Translations under genes and position numbers: made by a program
Assembly: GCA_041484665.1 (NCBI GenBank)
Contig: JBGPIA010000011.1
Location: forward strand, 64,001 to 128,000
From: Candidatus Krumholzibacteriia bacterium
Lineage (GTDB): Bacteria; Krumholzibacteriota; Krumholzibacteriia; JAJRXK01
Reading direction: 5' to 3'
DNA: 64,000 bases
Shown here: in pieces, positions 40,137 to 51,067 of the stretch
How the letters are laid out: the number at the start of each line of letters is the position of its first letter
Position numbering within the stretch: the stretch's first letter is position 1
The notes under the pieces: model-generated
Seen by the model: only the letters and a program-made list of their open reading frames with translations
Databases searched by the model: none
What the model was told of the DNA's origin: nothing

Positions 40137-40703
40137 ATGAAGAAGTCGTTCCGCACCGTTCTGGCGCTCGCGCTGGCTGTGGCTGTTGTGACCGGCCTGT
40201 CCGCCCTCGTCTTGGCCGGCGATCCGGCCGCCAAGCCCGCCGCCAAGCCCGCCACGAGCTCGTCGGCGGTCAAGCCTGCCATGAGCGGGGCGCCCGACAT
40301 GGCCATGATGAAGGCCGAGATGATGAAGTGCGCGGTCTGCAAGAACATGGCCGCCAAGATGGACCAGTTCGGCACGCTCAAGGCCGAGGTCGTCCACCTG
40401 GGCAACGGCATGGCGATGATCCACATGGTCGCCGATCCCAGCAAGGTCGAGGCCTACCATGTCGCGAGCGCAGCCACGGCCGAAGCCGGCAAGGCCTGTA
40501 TGGCGTTTACGGACGACCAGGCGAAGACCGAGCTGTGTCAGTTCTGTCAAGAGATGCGCACGGCCGCCAAGGCCGGCGCGAGCATCAGCTCGGGCCTGAC
40601 CAAGACCGGCGACATCCTGGTCATCACCTCCAGCGATCCCATGGTCCAGAAGCAGATCTCTGCGCTGGAGACCAAGTGCCAGATGATGACGGCGTCGATG
40701 TAG
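40137..40703 (+). CDS. Secreted Met/Cys-rich hypothetical protein, 188 aa
   Basis: AAGGAG RBS; signal peptide; CAVC and CQFC motifs; many Met; followed by a terminator. Confidence 0.8.
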   Translation: MKKSFRTVLALALAVAVVTGLSALVLAGDPAAKPAAKPATSSSAVKPAMSGAPDMAMMKAEMMKCAVCKNMAAKMDQFGTLKAEVVHLGNGMAMIHMVADPSKVEAYHVASAATAEAGKACMAFTDDQAKTELCQFCQEMRTAAKAGASISSGLTKTGDILVITSSDPMVQKQISALETKCQMMTASM

Positions 40704-40741
40704 ACCACTGCCTGCGCCCTGCGAAGGCGTCGCAACGCACG

Positions 40742-40774
40742 AAGGGCCCCCGCGGCGCGGGGGCCCTTTTTTTT
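40742..40774 (+). terminator. Rho-independent terminator
   Basis: aagggcccccgc-ggc-gcgggggccc hairpin followed by T8. Confidence 0.9.
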
Positions 40775-40799
40775 CATGCGTCGCGATCGCGTCCAGCCG

Positions 40800-41282
40800 T
40801 CAGCTGCGCGTGTACGTGCCCTCCACGAACGGCACCCACTGCTTGCCGTCCTGCGACTGCTCGAGGCGGAACGTGAAGTGCTTGTCGCCTTCCTTCATTT
40901 TGTAGATATAGCGTGCCCACCCCATGGGATGGCGATGCTCATAGGCCAGGGTGTCCCCCTCCCAAGTGCCGCGCACGGCAGCGGGCGAAGAGGGGCCCAT
41001 CGAGTCGAACCAGCACATCGTGTATGCGCGCTCCTTGGGGTCGAAGCCGTGGACTCCGTGCCCACGGTAGGTCACCTTCCCCGCGCGCTCCTGCTCGTAG
41101 TCGGTGACGAGGAAGAATCCGTCCAGGTCGATGCGCGCGTGCCATCGGGCCTTGGCCCTCCCACCCTTGGCGTCCCAGGGGGAAGGAAAGAGGGTCTCTT
41201 CTCCCGTCCAGTCTCCGGCCAGGGTCGCGAGCCTGCGGTGCTCGGGACCGGGCCTGGGCATTTCCATCTTGGGCATCTCCAT
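40800..41282 (-). CDS. DUF1579 family protein
   Basis: PGPEHRRLATLAGDWTGE, YRGHGVHGFDP..YTMCWFDSMG; AGGAGG RBS. Confidence 0.82.
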   Translation of the reverse strand: MEMPKMEMPRPGPEHRRLATLAGDWTGEETLFPSPWDAKGGRAKARWHARIDLDGFFLVTDYEQERAGKVTYRGHGVHGFDPKERAYTMCWFDSMGPSSPAAVRGTWEGDTLAYEHRHPMGWARYIYKMKEGDKHFTFRLEQSQDGKQWVPFVEGTYTRS

Positions 41283-41488
41283 GATCGACCTCCTGTGGTG
41301 GGCGGGAGCCCACGCGGGCGCTTCGGTCGGGGGGGACGCTGATTCTACACGAACGGGGCGCCGTGCGCGCAACACGCTGCCCTGGTGCGCCGGGAGGAAA
41401 TCGCCCGGCCGCTGTCCCGGCGGCCGGCACGCCCTTTCCCCTTGACCGCCCCAGGGGCGCACGATGGAATCGACGACGCAGATCCGCC

Positions 41489-42711
<1,223 letters not shown>

Positions 42712-42712
<1 letters not shown>

Positions 42713-43530
42713 TGCTCTCGCACGCGACGATGCCCGCAGCGGGCCCCTACGACGATCCAGCCGTCTACGATATCCTCCACACCCCCGGATCGGCGGCGGA
42801 GCTGGACACGGTGCAGCGCCTCGCGCGCCGCCACCTGGAAGCGCAGGGGCGAGGCCGGCGCCGGTACACGTGGCTCGAGCCGGCGTGCGGCACCGGGCGC
42901 TATCTGCGCCTGCTGGCGCGGCGCGGCGAGCACGCCGTTGGATTCGATCGTGACCCGGCGATGGTGGCGTATGCCCGTCGCGGGATGCGTGCGCTGGGGC
43001 CGCAGCGGCGCGCCCGCGTGCTGGTCGCCGACATGACCCGCTTCGCCGACCGGGTGGGGCCGCGCCGCATCGACATCGCCTTCAACCTCGTCAACACGAT
43101 CCGCCACTTGCAGAACGATGCGCAGATGCAGGCGCATCTCATCGAGGTTGCCCGCGTGCTGCGCGCCGGTGGCCTGTACGTGGTGGGCATGAGCCTGACG
43201 CAGTACGGAGCGGAATTGCCCAGCGAGGATCTCTGGGTGGGAAGGCGCGGCTCCTGCCGGGTGACCCAGCTCGTGCAGTACCTGCCGCCGGGGAGCCCGG
43301 GCCCCCGGGGGCGGATCGAAACTGTGATCAGCCATCTGATGATCGAGCGTCCCCGGGGCGTCGAGCATCGAGATGCGACCTACGACTTGCGCTGCTACGA
43401 CGCCGCGCAGTGGCGTAAATTGGTGGAGCGTAGCCCGCTGCGGATCGTCGCGGCGGCCGATGCCCACGGCAACCCGATCGTGGACTGGAATACTACCTAT
43501 GTAGTTTTCTTGATGCGGTCCGCCCCTTGA
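42712..43530 (+). CDS. Class I SAM-dependent methyltransferase
   Basis: YDDPAVYDI, WLEPACGTGR, ADMTRF, LRAGGLYVVG; start overlaps the cax stop. Confidence 0.88.
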
Positions 43531-43709
43531 CAGGTCCGTCCCCGGGGGTGGACCTTGTCCCGGTCGCCCCTGGCTGTCCTGCGTTGTCCCCACCGGGGCA
43601 CGGGCATAGAAGCTGCAACCTCAGCAGGGCCTCCGACCCTCGAGCTCGACCGGCGCGACCATTCCGGAGCGGTTTCGGGGCCGTCGGCCACTGGCAGGCC
43701 AGGCTCAAC

Positions 43710-44636
43710 ATGGCGACGATCCAAGCACCCCGCGTGCCTTCCTCCCGCGCTGGCGCGGCCGAGCGTTCGGGGACCTCCCTCAATCCGCTCGCCATGCTGC
43801 CGAATCTGCTCCTGTTGGCGATCACGCTGGCAGGCCTTCCGTATTACGTGCTCGCGGCAGCCGCGCGACTGCGCAGCCCCTTCCATCCGTGGTTGAAATC
43901 GTCGGGCTACGTAGGACAGACGGCGGGCCTCGTGACGTTCGCTGGTTTCCTGTTCATGTGGCTCTACCCGATGCGCAAGCGGATGCGCCTGCCGCCCCGC
44001 GCCGGGTCGGTCCCGCAGTGGCTCGACGTGCACATCGTCGTAGGGCTCACACTGCCGCTGCTGGGCGCGCTCCACGCCGGCTGGCGCTTCCGGGGCCTGA
44101 TCGGCCTGGGCTATCTGGCCATGCTCATCGTGTGCCTGAGCGGAGTGATCGGTCGGTATCTCTACGTCAGGATCCCGCGCAGCCGCGCCGGAGCCGAGCT
44201 GGACCGCGAGGAGGTCGCGGCGCAGCGCCGCCAGCTCCTGGCCGACCTGACGGAGGCCACCGGGCTCACCACCGAGGATCTGGAGCAGATGCTGACCGTG
44301 CAGACGGTACGGGCGTCTCGCGGCAGGCTGCTGGGGGCGCTCGCGCAAATGGTGGTCGACGATTTCGCGCGCGCGCGCACCCTGCGCGCTTTGCGCAGGC
44401 GCTGGAAGGCGCGCGGGCCCGACGGTGCGACCCTGGACCGCACCGCCCTCAACCGCGGGCTCTCGCTCGCCCGAAGGGAGATGGCCCTCAGCCAGCAGGT
44501 CCGCCTGCTGGAGGCCACGCAGAAGATGTTCCGTTACTGGCATGCGGCGCACAAACCGGTCGCGATCGCGGCATTCGGCGCCGTCACCGTCCACGTGATC
44601 GTCGTGATCGCAGTGGGCTCGACCTGGCTCTGGTAG
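43710..44636 (+). CDS. Inner-membrane protein with intramembrane histidines (ferric-reductase-like / cytochrome b-like), 308 aa
   Basis: About 5 TM segments; WLDVHI, ALHAG, SGVIGRYLY, FRYWHAAHKP, VHVI. Confidence 0.72.
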   Translation: MATIQAPRVPSSRAGAAERSGTSLNPLAMLPNLLLLAITLAGLPYYVLAAAARLRSPFHPWLKSSGYVGQTAGLVTFAGFLFMWLYPMRKRMRLPPRAGSVPQWLDVHIVVGLTLPLLGALHAGWRFRGLIGLGYLAMLIVCLSGVIGRYLYVRIPRSRAGAELDREEVAAQRRQLLADLTEATGLTTEDLEQMLTVQTVRASRGRLLGALAQMVVDDFARARTLRALRRRWKARGPDGATLDRTALNRGLSLARREMALSQQVRLLEATQKMFRYWHAAHKPVAIAAFGAVTVHVIVVIAVGSTWLW

Positions 44637-44662
44637 GACGAAGTCGAGGCGGGAGCGCTCCG

Positions 44663-46105
44663 ATGGGAATGCTGCTCACCACACTGGCCTTTGCCGTCCT
44701 CACGGCCGCGCTCGTCGCCCACCACGTGCGCCGCGGCGCAGCAGCGCCGGGTCAAGCTTGCGCGCCCGTCGCGGCCTGCCCGCGTTGCAAGGCGGCCATC
44801 GCGCCTGGGACGACCCGCTGCTCGCGCTGTGGCGTTCCGCTGCAGGCCTTCGAAGTCGTGGCCGCCGCCAAGGCCAGCGAGGAGGTCAGCGAGGGCGGGG
44901 ACAAGTTGCACGCGGTCGTGCGCGCGGACCTCTGCGTCGGCTGCGGGTCGTGCGTCTCCGTCTGCCCCGAGCCGGGCGCCATCCGGATGGACCACAAGCT
45001 CGCCGTGGTGGCCAAGGCGCTCTGCGTGGGGCACGGCAAGTGCGCCGAGGCCTGCCCGGTGGGGGCCATCATCATGTCCACCGGCGCCGCGGTGCACCGC
45101 GTCGAGGTGCCGGAGATCGACATCCACTTCGAGAGCAACGTGCCCGGGGTCTACGTCGTCGGCGAGCTGGGCGGGCGTGGACTGATCAAGAACGCCATCA
45201 ACGAGGGCAAGATCGCCGTCGAGCACATCGCCGACGAGCTGGGGGGAGGGTCACGCCGCTCACCGGACACAACGGGCGTCCACGATGTGGTCATTGTCGG
45301 ATCGGGACCCGCCGGCCTCAGCTCCGGACTGCAGGCCCTCCAGTCGAAGCTGCGGTACGCTGTCCTGGAGCAGGGGACGCTCGCCGACACGATCCGCAAG
45401 TACCCGCGGGCGAAGCTGCTGCTGGCCGAGCCGGTGACGGTTCCGCTGTACGGCGATCTGTGGGTGGCCGATGCTTCGAAGGAGTCATTGCTGAAGGTGT
45501 GGGAGACGGTCATCGCCAGCACGGGACTGCAGGTGCGCACGGGCCAACGTGTGGTCAACGTGGCACGCCACGGCGATCTGCTCCACGTCGCGACGCCCGA
45601 CGCAGTGTTCCGCACGCGGCGCGTGGTGCTGGCCACGGGCCGGCGCGGGACACCGCGGCGCCTGGGGGTACCCGGCGAGGAGCTGGGCAAGGTCATCTAT
45701 GACATCGCTGAGATGGAATGCTTCGCCGGCCAGCGGATGCTCGTGGTCGGCGGCGGCGACAGCGCCGTGGAGTCGGCGCTGGGGCTGGCCCGGCAGCCGG
45801 GCACGGTGGTGACGCTCAGCTACCGCGGCGATTCCTTCAGCCGCGCGAAGGAGCGGAACAGGACGAAGCTCGAGACGGCCGTCGCAGAGGGGAGCGTGCG
45901 CGCGCTGCTGCGTAGCGAGGTGCGGGCGGTCCACGAGCAGGAGGTCGAGATCGAGGTGGCGGGCAAGCGCAGCATGCTGCCCAACGACACAGTGGTCGTG
46001 CGCATCGGCGGCGAGCCGCCCGCCGCATTCCTGAAGCAGATCGGCATCCGCATCGTCAAGAAGGACGTGCCGCTGCCGCAGGGAGAGGAGGCGATGGTTG
46101 GCTAG
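44663..46105 (+). CDS. Membrane-anchored 4Fe-4S dicluster / FAD-dependent NAD(P)H oxidoreductase (TrxB/YpdA-like fold), 480 aa
   Basis: N-terminal TM; CPRC..CSRC ribbon; CVGCGSCVSVCP and CVGHGKCAEACP; VIVGSGPAG; LATGRRG; VVGGGDSA..SYRG. Confidence 0.85.
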   Translation: MGMLLTTLAFAVLTAALVAHHVRRGAAAPGQACAPVAACPRCKAAIAPGTTRCSRCGVPLQAFEVVAAAKASEEVSEGGDKLHAVVRADLCVGCGSCVSVCPEPGAIRMDHKLAVVAKALCVGHGKCAEACPVGAIIMSTGAAVHRVEVPEIDIHFESNVPGVYVVGELGGRGLIKNAINEGKIAVEHIADELGGGSRRSPDTTGVHDVVIVGSGPAGLSSGLQALQSKLRYAVLEQGTLADTIRKYPRAKLLLAEPVTVPLYGDLWVADASKESLLKVWETVIASTGLQVRTGQRVVNVARHGDLLHVATPDAVFRTRRVVLATGRRGTPRRLGVPGEELGKVIYDIAEMECFAGQRMLVVGGGDSAVESALGLARQPGTVVTLSYRGDSFSRAKERNRTKLETAVAEGSVRALLRSEVRAVHEQEVEIEVAGKRSMLPNDTVVVRIGGEPPAAFLKQIGIRIVKKDVPLPQGEEAMVG

Positions 46106-48449
46106 CACGCGCCGGGGAACGCTTGCATGGACGCAGCGTCCACCGACGCCGACCCCGCTGGCCCAGCATCCGTTGGCGCAGCGTCCGGCGCCGCCGCGCC
46201 GCACGCTGTGGCCGCCTCAAGCGGCTAGCGCCGTGCGCACGACGGCCACGGCCCTGGGTGCCGCGCTGGCCCTGACGTGCGTCGTCACCGCAGCCGCCCG
46301 GGCGCAGATCTCGCCGGGCCCGCTGTCGCGCGCCCACGCCAGCCTGGAGGGCAACCTCCACTGCGCGAAGTGCCACGGTGGCGGAGGCGAGAGCGCGCAG
46401 GACCAGCGGTGTCGTGCTTGTCATGAGGAGATCGACTGGCTCATCCGGCAGGAGCGGGGACTCCACGGGCACGAGGTGAAGGGGAACTGTAAGAGCTGCC
46501 ATCCGGAGCATGCCGGTGCCGGCTTCCAGCTGATCGTGTGGAAGGAGGGCAGCCCGGAGCGCTTCGACCACACGCGCACGGGCTGGGCGCTGGAGGGAAA
46601 GCATGCGACGGTGCAGTGCAAGGAGTGCCACAAGGCGAGCTTCCAGCAGCCGCAGATCGTGGCGCGGATGCAGCGCAAGGACAAGGCAGCGAGCTGGCTG
46701 GGTCTGGACTCCGGTTGCCGCTCCTGCCACGAGGACGTGCACCGGGGGACGCTTGGAGTGGATTGCATGAAGTGCCACGACACGAAAGCCTGGAAGCCGG
46801 CGCCGCGATTCGACCACGCGCTGTCGGACTTCCCGCTCACCGGCAAGCACGCGGCGAGGGCGTGCGCGAAGTGCCATGCCACGCCCGAGCTGAAGCTGGT
46901 GAAGGATCGGCAGGGGCACGCGATTCCGCTCTTCAAGCCGCTGCCGCACCAGGAGTGCTCCGCGTGCCATAAGGACCCCCATGCCGGCTCGCTGGGGGCC
47001 GCTTGCACCAAGTGCCACACGACCGACGACTTCCATCGCATCGACCACAAGACGTTCAATCACGACCTGACGCGCTACCCGCTGCGGGGCAAGCACGCGG
47101 CGCTGGCGTGCGCGAAGTGCCACGATCCGGCCACTGCGTGGGGTAAGAAGCCGGCGTTCGCTACGTGCGGCTCCTGCCACACGGATCCCCACGCTGGCCA
47201 GGCTACGAGCGCGGGCAAGCCGGCCGATTGCGCTGCCTGCCACAGCGTCCAGGGCTTCAAGCCGGGCACCTTCACGGTGCAGCAGCACGCCGCAACGCGC
47301 TACCCGCTGGACGGGCGGCACCAGCAGGTGAAGTGCTCCAGCTGCCATGGCCGCAAGCCACCGGGGGATGCGGCCAAGGCCGCGGCCACCGTCGGCAAGG
47401 CTGGCGTGTGGTTTCGTCCGACGCACGACCGCTGCGGTGATTGCCACGCTGAAGTGCACGGCGGCCAGCTCGCACACCGGCCCGACACGGGGGCCTGCGA
47501 AGGCTGTCACACCACGCAGGGCTGGCGCCCCAGCACCTTCACCGTGGCGGCACACGCCGCGCTGCGCCTGTCGCTGGAAGGCCGCCACGGCGCGATCGCC
47601 TGCTCCGCATGCCACGGGCCCGACCGCAGTGGGCTGCCACAGCTGCCAGGGCCCAAGGTCCTGGGCACCGCCCGCGTCGCATTCACGTTCACCGACGTCT
47701 CCTGCACGGCCTGCCATTTCGATCCCCATCACGGACGATTCAGCGCCGGGGGCGAGCGTGCCCGGTCCAAGGGTTGCCTGGACTGCCACGACCCGCGCGC
47801 GTTCCGCCCGTCAAAGGTGGACATCGCGGCTCACGCCGCGGCCCGCTTCGCGCTGGACGGCGCCCACCGCGCGGTGCCGTGCTTCGCCTGCCACCAGGAG
47901 CTGGCCGGCGCGGGCGGAGCGGCCAGCGGGGCGGCAAAGGCAGCCGCGAACGGTGCGGCGAACGGAGCGGCGAATGGGGCGGCGAACGGGACCGCGAGCG
48001 GGACCGTGAATCGGGCAGCGAACGCGGCCCCGATCGTGGCCACGGCGGCTGGTTCCGACACCGCCGCGGCTCGCGGGCGCGCACGCTCGACGCTGGTGGC
48101 TGCCACCGCCGCGGTGCGCCGCGCGTTGCCGTTCGCGATCGACAAGCGCGCATGCCGCGACTGTCACCGCAGCCCCCACGGCACACAGTTCGACGCACGG
48201 AAGGACCATGGAGCGTGCGAGAGCTGCCACGGTCTGGAGAGCTTCAAGCCCGCTGTGGGCTTCCATCACGCCAAGGACTCGTCGTATCCACTCGAGGGGG
48301 CGCACACGAAGGTTCCCTGCGCGCGTTGCCATCCCACGAAGACTGGCAGCGACCGACGCCCGCAGGTGATCTACCGTCCACTTTCCACTCGTTGTGAGAG
48401 CTGTCATGGGGCGGCGCCCGTAGCGCCGCTGAAAGGGGAGCTGCGATGA
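46098..48449 (+). CDS. Multiheme c-type cytochrome, 23 CXXCH motifs
   Basis: Signal peptide ending AARA-QISPGPLS.AH; 23 CXXCH counted by hand; triheme units FDH..(F/Y)PL.G.H. Start could be a later GTG. Confidence 0.93.
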   Translation: MASTRRGTLAWTQRPPTPTPLAQHPLAQRPAPPRRTLWPPQAASAVRTTATALGAALALTCVVTAAARAQISPGPLSRAHASLEGNLHCAKCHGGGGESAQDQRCRACHEEIDWLIRQERGLHGHEVKGNCKSCHPEHAGAGFQLIVWKEGSPERFDHTRTGWALEGKHATVQCKECHKASFQQPQIVARMQRKDKAASWLGLDSGCRSCHEDVHRGTLGVDCMKCHDTKAWKPAPRFDHALSDFPLTGKHAARACAKCHATPELKLVKDRQGHAIPLFKPLPHQECSACHKDPHAGSLGAACTKCHTTDDFHRIDHKTFNHDLTRYPLRGKHAALACAKCHDPATAWGKKPAFATCGSCHTDPHAGQATSAGKPADCAACHSVQGFKPGTFTVQQHAATRYPLDGRHQQVKCSSCHGRKPPGDAAKAAATVGKAGVWFRPTHDRCGDCHAEVHGGQLAHRPDTGACEGCHTTQGWRPSTFTVAAHAALRLSLEGRHGAIACSACHGPDRSGLPQLPGPKVLGTARVAFTFTDVSCTACHFDPHHGRFSAGGERARSKGCLDCHDPRAFRPSKVDIAAHAAARFALDGAHRAVPCFACHQELAGAGGAASGAAKAAANGAANGAANGAANGTASGTVNRAANAAPIVATAAGSDTAAARGRARSTLVAATAAVRRALPFAIDKRACRDCHRSPHGTQFDARKDHGACESCHGLESFKPAVGFHHAKDSSYPLEGAHTKVPCARCHPTKTGSDRRPQVIYRPLSTRCESCHGAAPVAPLKGELR

Positions 48450-51067
48450 GACGCGTACCCGGAGCGGTCTGGCTGGCCTTTCTGCTCGCGGCCGCCAGCC
48501 TCGCTATCGCCGCGGTCGGGGATCAGGTCCCGCCCCAGCAGCAGCAATCGGGGCAGCCCAAGTCCGCGCAGCCGCGGGCCGTGAAGCCACTCGCCACACA
48601 GTCGCAAACCGCACCATCGCAGTCGACGAGGACGCAGGCATCCAAGCCGCAGGCGACAAAGCCACAGGCCACGCAACCGCAGGCATCAAAGCAGCAGACG
48701 GCGCCGTCGCAGGCCACGAAGGCGCAGGTAGCAAGACCGCAGGCCGCGCAGTCGCCGGCCGCCACGGCCGCTCCCGGCCAGCCGCCCTATCCGCACGGAG
48801 CCTTCCGTGAGGACTGCGCCCTGTGCCACCGTCCCGACAGCTGGACGCCGGCGCGCATCAGCGTCCGCTTCGACCATTCGCGCTTCGGATTCAAGCTCGA
48901 CGGAGCGCACGCCTCGGCGTCGTGCCGGGGCTGTCACAAGAGTCTGGAGTTCGCCGCTGCTCCGACCGCATGCATCGACTGCCACCGCGACGTCCACCAG
49001 GGCGAGTTGGGCACCGAATGCTCCGGCTGCCACGGTACGCAGAGCTTCGTCGACCGCGGTGACCAGGTGCGGATGCACCGCCTGACGCGCTTCCCCCTGG
49101 CCGGAGCGCACACCGCACTGGACTGCGCATCGTGCCATCCGCTGGCGGCCCCGGGAGCCCTGACCTACGTCAAGACGCCTACGACGTGCGAGGCCTGCCA
49201 CATGAAGGACTTCCGGGCGACCACCAATCCGGACCACCAGGCGGCGGGCTTTACCCACGAGTGCACGACCTGCCACTCGGAGGCCAGCTGGAGCCGCGCT
49301 CGGTTCGACCACGCCGGCACCAACTTCCCGCTCACGGGCGCCCACCAGATCGTGGCCTGCAACAGCTGCCACACCGGAGGGACCTTTGGAGCGCTGGCGA
49401 CCACCTGCGTCTCGTGTCACCAGGCCGACTACAACAACACGACGAATCCGAACCATCGCTCAGGCGGCTTCCCCACCGATTGCACCCAGTGCCATAGCAC
49501 GGTGAATTGGAGCGGCGCGACCTTCAACCATGCGACGACCGGCTTCGCGCTGACCGGCGCGCACGCCGCGGCGCAGTGCTCGCAGTGCCACACGGGGAGC
49601 AGCTTCAGCGGGCTCTCGTCCACGTGCGTCTCGTGCCACCAGGGCGATTTCAATGGCACGACGAATCCCGATCACCGCGCCGGAGGCTTCCCCACGGATT
49701 GCACGCAGTGTCACAGCACGGCGACCTGGAGCGGCGCGACCTTCAACCACGCCACGACCGGCTTCGCACTGACCGGCGCGCATGCCGCGGCACAGTGCGC
49801 GACGTGCCACGCGGGGGGCGTTTTCACCGGCCTATCGCCCACATGCGTGTCATGCCATCAGAATGACTACAACGGCACGACCAACCCCAATCACCGCACG
49901 GCGGGCTTCCCCACCGATTGCACCCAGTGCCACACGACGGCGACGTGGACCGGCGCGACGTTCAACCACGCCACGACGGGCTTCGCGCTGACCGGCGCGC
50001 ACACGGCGCTGCAGTGCGCGCAGTGCCATGTGGGGGGCAATTACAGCATTACGTCGCCCGCGTGCGTGTCGTGCCACCAGAACGACTTCAATAGCGCCAC
50101 GAACCCCGATCACCGGGCGGCTGGCTTCGCCACCGATTGCACCCAGTGCCACAGTACGGCCAGCTGGAGTGGCGCCTCGTTCAACCACGCGACGACCGGC
50201 TTCGCTCTGACCGGCGCGCACACGGGGCTGCAGTGCGCGCAGTGCCACGTGGGGGGCAATTACAACATCACGACGTCTGCGTGCGTGTCGTGCCATCAGA
50301 ACGACTTCAACGGCACGACGAACCCCAGTCACCAGACGGCGGGATTCCCCACCGATTGTACGCAGTGCCACACCACGGCCACCTGGCCCGGCGCGACGTT
50401 CAACCACGCGACGACCGGTTTTGCTCTCACCGGCGCGCACACGACGCTGCCGTGCGCACAGTGCCACGTGGGGGGCAACTACAACATCACGTCGCCCGCC
50501 TGCGTGTCGTGCCACCAGACTGACTTCAACGGCACTACCAATCCCGATCACCGCGCGGCGGGCTTCCCCACCGATTGTAGCCAGTGCCACAGCACGGTGA
50601 ATTGGAGCGGCGCTAGCTTCAACCATGCGACGACCGGCTTCGCGCTGACCGGCGCGCACGCCGCGGCGCAGTGCGCGCAGTGCCACGTGGGGGGCAACTA
50701 TACGAATGTGTCGCCCGCGTGCGTGTCGTGCCACCAGACCGACTACAATGGCACGACCGATCCTCCGCATGCGACGGCGGGCTTTCCCACCGATTGTTCA
50801 CAGTGCCACAGCACGGCGACGTGGGCAGGAGCGACGTTCGACCACGATGCGGCCTACTTCCCCATCTACTCGGGAAGGCACAAAGGCAAGTGGGACGCCT
50901 GCAGCACGTGCCACACGAACTCTGCGAACTACACCGTGTTCAGTTGCTTCGGCTGCCATCCGCACGACGACCAGGCGGGGACCGATAGCCACCACCAAGG
51001 GCAGAGTGGCTACCGGTACGAGAGCACGTCCTGCTACCGCTGCCATCCCCGGGGGAACGCAGGATGA
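48446..51067 (+). CDS. Multiheme c-type cytochrome, 31 CXXCH motifs, with seven 73-aa triheme repeats
   Basis: Signal peptide; Gln/Ala/Pro-rich linker; 31 CXXCH counted by hand; C-terminal SCYRCHPRG. Confidence 0.94.
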   Translation: MRRVPGAVWLAFLLAAASLAIAAVGDQVPPQQQQSGQPKSAQPRAVKPLATQSQTAPSQSTRTQASKPQATKPQATQPQASKQQTAPSQATKAQVARPQAAQSPAATAAPGQPPYPHGAFREDCALCHRPDSWTPARISVRFDHSRFGFKLDGAHASASCRGCHKSLEFAAAPTACIDCHRDVHQGELGTECSGCHGTQSFVDRGDQVRMHRLTRFPLAGAHTALDCASCHPLAAPGALTYVKTPTTCEACHMKDFRATTNPDHQAAGFTHECTTCHSEASWSRARFDHAGTNFPLTGAHQIVACNSCHTGGTFGALATTCVSCHQADYNNTTNPNHRSGGFPTDCTQCHSTVNWSGATFNHATTGFALTGAHAAAQCSQCHTGSSFSGLSSTCVSCHQGDFNGTTNPDHRAGGFPTDCTQCHSTATWSGATFNHATTGFALTGAHAAAQCATCHAGGVFTGLSPTCVSCHQNDYNGTTNPNHRTAGFPTDCTQCHTTATWTGATFNHATTGFALTGAHTALQCAQCHVGGNYSITSPACVSCHQNDFNSATNPDHRAAGFATDCTQCHSTASWSGASFNHATTGFALTGAHTGLQCAQCHVGGNYNITTSACVSCHQNDFNGTTNPSHQTAGFPTDCTQCHTTATWPGATFNHATTGFALTGAHTTLPCAQCHVGGNYNITSPACVSCHQTDFNGTTNPDHRAAGFPTDCSQCHSTVNWSGASFNHATTGFALTGAHAAAQCAQCHVGGNYTNVSPACVSCHQTDYNGTTDPPHATAGFPTDCSQCHSTATWAGATFDHDAAYFPIYSGRHKGKWDACSTCHTNSANYTVFSCFGCHPHDDQAGTDSHHQGQSGYRYESTSCYRCHPRGNAG
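49304..50836 (+). repeat. Seven tandem 219-bp coding repeats (triheme unit)
   Basis: ttc(a/g)accac/t recurs at 49304, 49523, 49742, 49961 and onward to 50837 with an exact 219-bp period. Confidence 0.92.

Noticed and set aside
49304..50836. Regular repeats resembling a CRISPR array
   Set aside because: The 219-bp units are in-frame coding repeats of a cytochrome, with no unique spacers and no cas genes.
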